From NCBI GenBank assembly GCA_964575955.1, contig CAZNTG010000008.1, positions 1 through 58,727 of the forward strand: a stretch of 58,727 nucleotides of DNA, read 5' to 3'. The stretch is from an uncultured Thermoproteaceae archaeon. GTDB lineage: Archaea; Thermoproteota; Thermoprotei; Thermoproteales; Thermocladiaceae. Under the pieces are notes generated by a model, which worked only from the letters and a program-made list of their open reading frames with translations, was not told the origin of the DNA and did not search any database. Shown piece after piece: positions 51,546-58,727 of this stretch (the stretch's first letter is position 1; the number at the start of each line of letters is the position of its first letter). The translations under genes were made by a program, and so were the position numbers.

Positions 51546-53734
51546 CCTGGCACATATTTGATGCAAAGACGCTCGAGCCTGTGAAGCCGAGGACAGCGGA
51601 TGGGAGGTCACAGGCAGATATTGCACATGAGCTTGCTGAGCTGCTGGACAGCTACGACGTCGTCATCCTAGAGGCATCGCCTGGAAGTGGCAAGACCCTG
51701 ATAGTGCTGTCGGCATGCTTCGAGCACTGTCCAGATGGGAAGATAGTCTACAACACGGGGCCCTACAGGGCAAGACAGGTACAGGTAGCTAGAGACTTCA
51801 CCGAGAGGTTCCTCGTTGGTGATGGTGAGAAGTTCTGGACCTTTGGCATAGTTTGGGGTCGCGATAACTTTAGATGTCCAAGAACTGGACTGTGCTGCAG
51901 TGAGGCACCGTGTAGAGACAGATCTAGAAGACACGAGTATCCCTGCTATGCACCCCCCGTCCGTGGCAGATCTAGGGTAGGTGAACGTAACATAATTGCA
52001 GAGTGGGTCGGCATAGATGGCTCTACCTGGTGTCTACCAGAGACTGACTGTCCATACTACAGGCAGTTCACTGCCTACCAGGACAGTGATGTCGTCGTCA
52101 TGAACAGCTTCATGTGGCTATGCGAGACTCTGCTTGGGAGGAAGGTGCGTGCAGACGTGGAGGTGATCGACGAGTTCGATGCTGTTCTACAGGAGGTCAC
52201 GCCTAGGATAGTCATCTGTGAGAGCCATCTCAAAATGCTGAGAAGTCTCATAGATGCACTGCCAGACAGGGCAAGACGCGAGCTTGAGCAGGAGCTCAGA
52301 AGGCTCAGGAGGGCCCTACTGCACAGCTACAGGACTGAGGACGTTGTCGAGCTCGTATATGCATATCAGAGAGTTGTGCTTGACCTAGCTACACTCTTCC
52401 CCGACGAGTTTGCCGATGATGAGGAGCTGAGGCAGTGCCTAGAGACTGCACGTAAGCTACGTGCAGTACAGCTCAGCGTTGACAGTTACATACCTGTCAG
52501 AAGAGGCACATGTCTAGTCCTCACATGTGTAGACTCTGAGAAACATGTCAGGAACATACTGTCAATGTGTGGGAGAAAGAAGATCCTCATCTCAGCAACC
52601 CCACCACCTGAGCCAGTTCTCGAACATGTCTATGGGTTGAGAGACTACGCGTACATACGTGCTGGACGTGGACTCAGGGGGCTAGTCTACCTAGGAGGCA
52701 CATTTGAGATATATGTGTACGGTAGGCTACTCAGAGCTGGCAGACGTGACCACGTTGAGTCCTACAGGAGGGCTCTGAGAGACACGATTAGGCTAGCGAG
52801 GATGGATGGCTACGAGCCTAGGCTAATAGTTGCAACATCTAGACTACACCTAGACTACCTGTACATTGACCTCAGCATCCCCATCGATTGGAATGGGAGG
52901 AAGCTACAGGAGTTCATAGATGGCAAGCTTACGGAAGTTGCAACTACGAGAGCATACAGGGCAATTGACCTGCCAGGCGACAAGTGTCGCAGCATTATAA
53001 TAACGAAGTGTCCATGGCCTGACCTTGAGGATCCGTGGTGGGTAGCCGCGTCTAAGAAGCTTGAGAAGGTTGGGTACAGTAGAGACCTCATTGAGCACCT
53101 GTACAGAGAATTGACAAAGCACAACCTGCTCCAGATAATTGGACGTGCACTTAGGAGTGAGGACGACTGGGTCTGGCTATACAGCCCCGACAAATTTGTA
53201 CTTGAGCTGCTGATAGAGCTCGAGCGTGAGGGCAAGGTAAGGATAGTCAGAGATGTCGTACCAGAGACGCGCAGAATAATTCAGGAGGTCCTGAACAAGA
53301 TCGAGAAGGGAGACATAGCAAGCATTGAGATACCTGACCAACAGCTTAGGGCAAAGGTCAGACACATCCTCGAGACGTACTTCTACTGCACAGTACATGA
53401 AGTCGAGAACTACCTCATAGCAGTACACAAGTCGAGACAGAGCGACCTTGAGCAAGAACTCAGGAAACTCATACAAGACCTCGAGAGTCAAGTAGACGAA
53501 AGTCCCAATCACCAACACCGTCACAACAACCTAGATAATAGTAATCTAGTAAATAATAGTAGTAATGAAAATAATAGTAATCGAGGCACAGCGAGGCTAA
53601 TTGGCCCTGACGATCTCGTGATCGTGTTCTTCAGGTCTGACTGTGGCGTGTATAGGCGTGGCGATGTTGCTGCTGTGCCTAGGGACCTGCTAGAGAATTG
53701 TCCTGATGTTGATGTTCTGGATCTTGGGTCTTAA
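51542..53734 (+). CDS. XPD/Rad3/DinG-family SF2 helicase
   Basis: SPGSGKT, Fe-S-type Cys (NFRCP, CPYY), IDEFD, ISAT, QIIGRALRSEDD. Confidence 0.88.
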   Translation: MTWHIFDAKTLEPVKPRTADGRSQADIAHELAELLDSYDVVILEASPGSGKTLIVLSACFEHCPDGKIVYNTGPYRARQVQVARDFTERFLVGDGEKFWTFGIVWGRDNFRCPRTGLCCSEAPCRDRSRRHEYPCYAPPVRGRSRVGERNIIAEWVGIDGSTWCLPETDCPYYRQFTAYQDSDVVVMNSFMWLCETLLGRKVRADVEVIDEFDAVLQEVTPRIVICESHLKMLRSLIDALPDRARRELEQELRRLRRALLHSYRTEDVVELVYAYQRVVLDLATLFPDEFADDEELRQCLETARKLRAVQLSVDSYIPVRRGTCLVLTCVDSEKHVRNILSMCGRKKILISATPPPEPVLEHVYGLRDYAYIRAGRGLRGLVYLGGTFEIYVYGRLLRAGRRDHVESYRRALRDTIRLARMDGYEPRLIVATSRLHLDYLYIDLSIPIDWNGRKLQEFIDGKLTEVATTRAYRAIDLPGDKCRSIIITKCPWPDLEDPWWVAASKKLEKVGYSRDLIEHLYRELTKHNLLQIIGRALRSEDDWVWLYSPDKFVLELLIELEREGKVRIVRDVVPETRRIIQEVLNKIEKGDIASIEIPDQQLRAKVRHILETYFYCTVHEVENYLIAVHKSRQSDLEQELRKLIQDLESQVDESPNHQHRHNNLDNSNLVNNSSNENNSNRGTARLIGPDDLVIVFFRSDCGVYRRGDVAAVPRDLLENCPDVDVLDLGS

Positions 53735-53749
53735 AACTGGCTAAGGAAC

Positions 53750-54511
53750 ATGACCCCCACGGAGAGGAGACTGCCACTGTTACATGAGGTTGTTGATCTT
53801 GATGAGACTAAGCGCAGCATAGATAGGCTGTCTAGGAGAGAGGTCCTGCAGATTCTTGGTGATGACTTTGTGCAGCATGATGGTCATGTGTTTCATATCG
53901 TGCATATCAGGGATAGGGTGCCCGTTACCGTGCTGTCAGCAGTAGCTGAATGTCCATGGACAACGGTTGTTGCTAGGCTACTCGCAGAGAGGTATGGTGC
54001 GGAGGAGAATACGCTATACGTGCCTGTTAACCCGCACGCACTACTGTATGGCCGCCTCATACATGAGAAGTACCTGACATTTCTCGAAGAGGAGCTTAAC
54101 ATACCTGTCGAGGTTGAGCTTGAGGCTGAGGCTCAGATCAATGGTAGGTCTGTAAAGATTGTCGGTAGGGTAGACGCATTAATGCCAGGCAGTGGACGCA
54201 TAGTTGTCCTAGAGGTCAAGACTGGCAGCAAGATATCTCTAAGACACATGGTGCAGGTGTGGACCTATGTCCACATGTTGAACATGTACGTAGAGGACAA
54301 GATTGCTAAACCACTCTTCCTAACGCCCAGAGGCTTTGAGAAAGTCGACAAGTACTACGCCTGGAGAGACATCCTACAGCTAATCTCTCTCGTACTATAC
54401 ATCATCGATAAGGATGGAGACGTCACATGGGACAGAAAGAGAAACTGCCCCAGAACAAGATGCCCATACTATCCATGGTGCCCAAAGGCAGTTAAACTAG
54501 ACCTGGCGTAA
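53750..54511 (+). CDS. Stand-alone Cas4-like exonuclease (start uncertain)
   Basis: ECP, GRLIH, GRVDAL, LEVKTG, QVWTY, CPRTRCPYYPWC. Confidence 0.85.
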   Translation: MTPTERRLPLLHEVVDLDETKRSIDRLSRREVLQILGDDFVQHDGHVFHIVHIRDRVPVTVLSAVAECPWTTVVARLLAERYGAEENTLYVPVNPHALLYGRLIHEKYLTFLEEELNIPVEVELEAEAQINGRSVKIVGRVDALMPGSGRIVVLEVKTGSKISLRHMVQVWTYVHMLNMYVEDKIAKPLFLTPRGFEKVDKYYAWRDILQLISLVLYIIDKDGDVTWDRKRNCPRTRCPYYPWCPKAVKLDLA

Positions 54512-54677
54512 TCCTAAACAAATCCAGCCTCCTTTTTCTTCATCTCCCTATGCATAATCTAGTCGGTCTAGTCCTACCTACAGCTGCGCTAGGACTACTA
54601 AGCGTAGCATACGTGTGTTTATATAAACGCATCTCCGGGTTGCAAGGGATATATAGTGTGTAGACACTGCTTACTTA

Positions 54678-55895
54678 ATGCGCATAAAATCGGCTGTTGA
54701 AGTTCTGTCTCTCGAGCTTGAATCCTCACCTGAACTATATGATATATTTAGGAGGATTGTGGAAGCTAAGGTACGTGTTATATACTCAACAAAGATGTAC
54801 AATGTACCTACACTAGTCCACATGTACAAAAGTGGTGAACTATACGTTGATCCTGATCTCAAGCGTGAGTATACCTGGTCCATTGTCAAGGCTTCACGTT
54901 TCATCGAAAGTCTAATACTTGGACTTCCAATACCACCAATATTTGTCATCTACCTACATGATAGGGGGCTTGTCGTAGATGGTTTTCACAGACTTGAAAC
55001 TTTGAGGCTATTCTACAGTAATGAGCTTAAACTAAGGGGCATAGTACTGCGAGAGCTTGAGGATAAGGTCTACACAGAGCTGGATGAGAATCTTCGCAAT
55101 AGGCTAGATCGTACAGCTATTCCAGTAGTTGAAGTCCATGTAGAACCTCCAGATCCCTCTACCACAATGTTCGTGGTCTATGAAATATTCAGGAGGTTGA
55201 ACCTCGGCGCCAAGCCCTTAACCACCTTACAAGTAATTTTCTGTGGCCTACCTACACCTGCAGTGCGTGCAGTAAAGGAGCTTCTACAGGATGAGAATAT
55301 GCAGACACTGCTCAATCCGAGACTCTCAGAGACACGTAACATGATGGACAGGTATCTGGTTCTAATGCTCATGGTCTGCATATACTGGAACAGGCTGATG
55401 AACTTGACATCTGGGGGAAAGGTAGCACATGCTAGAGCAATAGCTAGATTCCTAAGAGCTTCCGAAGAAGAGGTCGCCAAGGTGAAGGAACGAGTTAAGG
55501 AACTTGCAGAACTTGCACTGAGGATAGGCCTGTCTCGTCGATACTTCCTCTTGACGACATACGGCCTCTCCCGCAGATATACAATCATATCGTCTACACT
55601 TTTCTTAGTGATAATGTATCTCATTCATGAACTTGAGTTACATCTAGGCAAGGATGTCCTCATCGAGCACAGGAGCACAGTACTACACTCAATAGAGAGA
55701 TTCTTCCGTGAGACAACTAGAAAGTTCGTGATAGATGATAGGGAGGTTGACCTAAAGACCTTAATTGCATACATTAGTCGGCAAGGTGGAGACAAGCTAC
55801 TCCACGTGCTCTACAACACATTTAAGCAACATGTGCTACACTCACTCAGCAGCGAAGAAAAGGACTTAAAAGATAGCTTCAAGAACTCTCTATAG
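54678..55895 (+). CDS. DUF262 (GmrSD-N/ParB-like) domain protein
   Basis: REYTW, FIESLILGLPIPPIF, VVDGFHRL, IFRRLNLGAKPL. Confidence 0.85.
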   Translation: MRIKSAVEVLSLELESSPELYDIFRRIVEAKVRVIYSTKMYNVPTLVHMYKSGELYVDPDLKREYTWSIVKASRFIESLILGLPIPPIFVIYLHDRGLVVDGFHRLETLRLFYSNELKLRGIVLRELEDKVYTELDENLRNRLDRTAIPVVEVHVEPPDPSTTMFVVYEIFRRLNLGAKPLTTLQVIFCGLPTPAVRAVKELLQDENMQTLLNPRLSETRNMMDRYLVLMLMVCIYWNRLMNLTSGGKVAHARAIARFLRASEEEVAKVKERVKELAELALRIGLSRRYFLLTTYGLSRRYTIISSTLFLVIMYLIHELELHLGKDVLIEHRSTVLHSIERFFRETTRKFVIDDREVDLKTLIAYISRQGGDKLLHVLYNTFKQHVLHSLSSEEKDLKDSFKNSL

Positions 55896-55911
55896 ACCGC
55901 CGATAATGGGG
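55855..55911 (+). repeat. Internally deleted inverted copy of the 47173-47291 promoter/leader
   Basis: 47 bp with 3 mismatches to revcomp of 47245-47291, followed by CCGATAATGGGG matching revcomp of 47173-47184. Confidence 0.85.
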
Positions 55912-55955
55912 GTTCCAGTAGGAGTAATTACTAAAGAGGTTTATGCATACTACTC

Positions 55956-56333
55956 TTGGATAATATGTCAAGCAGCGGTGTTAGGAAGATAGAGGATGAC
56001 ATTAGTAAGAAGCTTGAGGAGATTTACAAATTAATAAAGGACGTGCTTGAGCTTGTACAGTACACAATTGCTAAGTGGATGGAGATACAGTCAAAGTATG
56101 GTGAGGTTATCGATGTGTTGACAAGCCCCGACGAGTTTAGGAACTTTGTCAATAAACTGGACGATGCGTCAGCGGGGAAGCTTCTCAGGATGATAATGCA
56201 GATCTACATGATCGTACAGAAGATGACGAGGCTAAGCGATCTTAGTGAAGAGGAGCTTAAGAACTTGAAAAAAGATGTTGCCGAGCTATTAGAGAGAGTA
56301 CGGGAAGAACTTAAGACAAGGACAAGCTCGTAG
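55956..56333 (+). CDS. Helical hypothetical protein
   Basis: Amphipathic helical ORF. Confidence 0.65.
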   Translation: MDNMSSSGVRKIEDDISKKLEEIYKLIKDVLELVQYTIAKWMEIQSKYGEVIDVLTSPDEFRNFVNKLDDASAGKLLRMIMQIYMIVQKMTRLSDLSEEELKNLKKDVAELLERVREELKTRTSS

Positions 56334-56353
56334 AATGTTATGTCTCTCCAACA

Positions 56354-57094
56354 CTACACATGTGTCGAACCTAGCCTCTCCCTCTCAAGTACTTTCCAGC
56401 ACTTACAAAATATCTTGTGTACTATGTCGATTGTTCCCTCAATAATGTAAGATACTAGTGCTATTCTTGGTCTGCTAGCTGAAAGTGCTAGCTCATACAC
56501 CAACCTTCTCACTCTCCGTACATGCTTTATGACCCACTTGATACGTTTCTCGATGTCTCTCTTTGGTCGATCCTGTTCATAGTAGTAGTCATGTAGCTCT
56601 TCACCAATTCTATACATGAGTCCGATCCACCCAATCTTCTCATCCTTCTTCAAGATTCCCCTCTTCCTTAAACTACGCAGATGTTCTAATACTCTGTCCA
56701 CGACAATTCTTGTCACTCTATGTCCAGTCGGTACGATGCCCCACAGTAGTGTTGAGAGAGCTTTCACACTATCAAGCACTGCTCTCCAAGCTTCTTCACA
56801 AGCTTCGTCGAGCATACCCTCCTGCAACAGCTTTACCGCCTTTTCAATAGTTGAGCAAGCCCTCTCTGCATACCTCACGGCGGGTAGTGAGGAACGCTCA
56901 ACATCACCTCTACGTCGAAGCTCCACAGGAGGAGCCGTGTAGATTGGCCTGACAGCTGAGATAACACGTGGAAAGGCTAGTTGACGACAGAGAAGCTCGC
57001 TAAGCACAACACCTGGAAACTCTGCAACAACCCTAGCATCAGACACAAGCACACTAGCCCCTCCACGAGTCTCCACACTGGAGGACACACCCAT
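56354..57094 (-). CDS. PaREP1/HEPN-superfamily protein
   Basis: ACEEAWRAV..VKAL, H, ELHDYYYE. Confidence 0.75.
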   Translation of the reverse strand: MGVSSSVETRGGASVLVSDARVVAEFPGVVLSELLCRQLAFPRVISAVRPIYTAPPVELRRRGDVERSSLPAVRYAERACSTIEKAVKLLQEGMLDEACEEAWRAVLDSVKALSTLLWGIVPTGHRVTRIVVDRVLEHLRSLRKRGILKKDEKIGWIGLMYRIGEELHDYYYEQDRPKRDIEKRIKWVIKHVRRVRRLVYELALSASRPRIALVSYIIEGTIDIVHKIFCKCWKVLERERLGSTHV

Positions 57095-57182
57095 ACTCCA
57101 CGTGTGACACAGCTAATAATACATGTCGATCCCCGCACATACACACGTGACCCCCTCCCCATCCCGAAACATCTTGAAAAAA

Positions 57183-57272
57183 ACCCCGCGGCGGGACCCC
57201 CCGGGGCGGCCCAACGAGAACCCACTCACTGCTCCGTGATGAAGGACTTTGTGGCTGATCCCGCCGCGGGGC
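57183..57272 (-). ncRNA. Candidate ~90-nt stable RNA closed by a 13-14 bp GC stem
   Basis: CCCCGCGGCGGGA/TCCCGCCGCGGGG; on the minus strand ATATTAAC lies ~30 nt upstream and a T7 run lies immediately downstream. Confidence 0.6.
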
Positions 57273-57360
57273 TGTGAAAAATCTTCACATACATGTTAAT
57301 ATGTGCCTAGGCTGGTAGACATGGCACATCTATCAGTATCCTGAACCTTGCCACCCCACT

Positions 57361-58074
57361 CTACGAGACACTCCACCTCCCCCTTCCCAGTGGCTCCTCT
57401 CTTCTAATACCTAGCCTACGAACATCTTCCTGGATCTTTCTGACCTCGCTGTACAGCTCATCTCCAAGTACATCCCTAAGAGCATCTTCGTAGGACATCT
57501 CAGGGTATAGACCGAGAAGTTTCAAGACGTCTCTCAGAGACATGTCGAGCAGAAGAACCTTCTTATCATCATCTAGGTTAAGCAGATCGTATACCAGGTC
57601 CCTAATTTCTAGACCGTAGATCTTGGCTAGGTTATGTAGCCTACGAACGTAGTCTTCACATACCTCGGAGATGCCATACTCATCACATAGAGCAACAATC
57701 TTCTTCACAATGTCCGACCTAGAGAACCGGTCGTGTTCTAGTCTTAGCGTGACAACATCCTCATCACATGCATGTACTTTCACGTCCGTGATATCTCTAA
57801 GATGACGTGATATATCGTGGTCATACGGTCCATACTTGTATATCTTGAAGTTGAATAGCTCAACCATCGGACTAATCTCAAGCTTTGAACCATCTCTCGT
57901 CAACGTGGCAGCACACAGAAGCTTCTGTATGGAAGTCTCATTGACAGTCTTCAGAAGCAGGATAGCAAGCTCAGTAAACAACCTACGCAGCCTAGCCTTA
58001 ACATCCTCAGGCAAACCCCTAACACGCCCAAACAAGACAACCTCCACCACACACCGAGCTAATAAACATACCAT
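57361..58074 (-). CDS. Panacea/SocA (DUF4065)-like antitoxin-domain protein
   Basis: IQKLL...FKIYKYGPYDHDI. Confidence 0.55.
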   Translation of the reverse strand: MVCLLARCVVEVVLFGRVRGLPEDVKARLRRLFTELAILLLKTVNETSIQKLLCAATLTRDGSKLEISPMVELFNFKIYKYGPYDHDISRHLRDITDVKVHACDEDVVTLRLEHDRFSRSDIVKKIVALCDEYGISEVCEDYVRRLHNLAKIYGLEIRDLVYDLLNLDDDKKVLLLDMSLRDVLKLLGLYPEMSYEDALRDVLGDELYSEVRKIQEDVRRLGIRREEPLGRGRWSVS

Positions 58075-58100
58075 TCACCTAAAAAGCCTGACCCCCGTGA

Positions 58101-58133
58101 CCCCCTTCTCCTCATCTCGATGACCCTCCTCAT
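58101..58133. repeat. 33-bp direct repeat of 47114-47146
   Basis: CCCCCTTCTCCTCATCTCGATGAyCCTCyTCAT, 2 mismatches. Confidence 0.85.
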
Positions 58134-58147
58134 CTTGGATATTCCCC

Positions 58148-58175
58148 GAACGTCCATTCTTAACGTCTTTAAGAG
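58148..58175. repeat. Sixth CCATTCTTAA palindromic unit
   Basis: GAACGTCCATTCTTAACGTCTT is identical to 45248-45269. Confidence 0.85.
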
Positions 58176-58236
58176 TTAGTTGTAATTTCTGGGGTTCGTG
58201 TTTTATTTATATTTTCCTCCTTTTCTTGCCTTTTCT

Positions 58237-58488
58237 GTGAGTTGGAGGTTAGTTGTGAAGAGGTCATTTATTAGAGATTTAAAAGGGCTTGACCCAAATG
58301 TTAGGGATAGGATAATTGAGGCTATTGATGAGATTGTGAGAAATCCATACGTGGGAAAGAAGCTTGACAATTTTTACAGTTGGAGAGTTGGTGATTACCG
58401 TATCATCTATACCATAGATGAGGAGAGGCGTACAGTTGTGCTACTGTGGGTTGGTCATAGAAGATCCATCTACAGGAGATTGAGATAG
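58237..58488 (+). CDS. relE: RelE/ParE-family toxin
   Basis: GKKL..YSWRVGDYRIIY.ID...VGHRRSIY; GTG at 58237. Confidence 0.92.
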   Translation: MSWRLVVKRSFIRDLKGLDPNVRDRIIEAIDEIVRNPYVGKKLDNFYSWRVGDYRIIYTIDEERRTVVLLWVGHRRSIYRRLR

Positions 58489-58680
58489 CTAGTAGTCCTC
58501 CTCCACAAGCTTCTTGAGATCTCTCACACTTTCTATAGACACCTCCTCTTCCCGCAACCTCCTCTCCAACTCAGGCCTAAGCAACTCAACCTCCAGCCTA
58601 TCAATGAGATCTATAATCTCCTCAGCATTCCTCAATATCCTATTCACAATACTGTAAATCGCATCAACATCCAGAGACAT
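58489..58680 (-). CDS. Small acidic protein, possible RelB-like antitoxin
   Basis: 63 aa, acidic C-terminus EEEVSIESVRDLKKLVEE; convergent with relE. Confidence 0.45.
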   Translation of the reverse strand: MSLDVDAIYSIVNRILRNAEEIIDLIDRLEVELLRPELERRLREEEVSIESVRDLKKLVEEDY

Positions 58681-58727
58681 CAAGAACAATAATAACACCA
58701 AGACCATAATAGGCATTACGCCCAAGA

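Larger units (their letters stand above)
35960..58727. mobile_element. Integrated plasmid/ICE-like element (right end beyond the window; left end approximate)
   Basis: Abrupt rise in GC and change in codon style near 36.0 kb; ParA/ParB, VirB6-like, helicase, solo Cas4 and TA genes; shared internal repeats. No integrase or att site seen. Confidence 0.75.

Noticed and set aside
51542-54511. Type IV CRISPR (DinG) or casposon
   Set aside because: No csf/cas7-like genes, cas1, PolB or array in the visible part of the element
57183-57272. tRNA or att site at the GC-rich hairpin
   Set aside because: No T-loop GTTCRA or cloverleaf on either strand
1-58727. CRISPR repeat-spacer array
   Set aside because: No regularly spaced 24-37 bp direct repeats seen. 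The 45.2 kb repeats are palindromes with irregular short spacing.

Overview
Crenarchaeal (Thermoproteota-like) chromosome window in four parts. (1) 1-8.7 kb: a CRISPR adaptation/ancillary operon, csa1(cas4a)-cas4-cas1-CARF-cas2-cas6-nurA-herA-CARF. The second CARF gene is frameshifted. I see no array and no effector genes in the window. (2) 8.7-24.8 kb: AT-rich housekeeping genes (KaiC-like ATPase, trpB2, beta-RFAP synthase-like protein, transglutaminase/MoxR/DUF58 operon, NAC, ahcY, pilin-like protein) plus five intergenic box C/D sRNAs. (3) 24.8-35.9 kb: decayed nuclease and membrane-protein genes, then an ArsR/MFS/MscS cluster. (4) ~36 kb to the end: a visibly GC-richer integrated plasmid/ICE-like element. 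It encodes two ParA-like ATPases, arrays of micro membrane peptides, VirB6-like and VirB4-remnant genes, AbrB-like paralogs, a KaiC-family ATPase, a ParB-DinG/XPD helicase-Cas4 operon, DUF262, PaREP1 and RelE. The most novel signal is the element's non-coding layer: six CCATTCTTAA-N4/5-TTRAGA palindromes, a recurring CTTAAAACT...CCCCACGG motif with a candidate antisense RNA, a kink-turn leader on the KaiC gene, and a ~90-nt stem-closed RNA containing a C/D-box unit. All calls are by-eye motif recognition; no searches were run.
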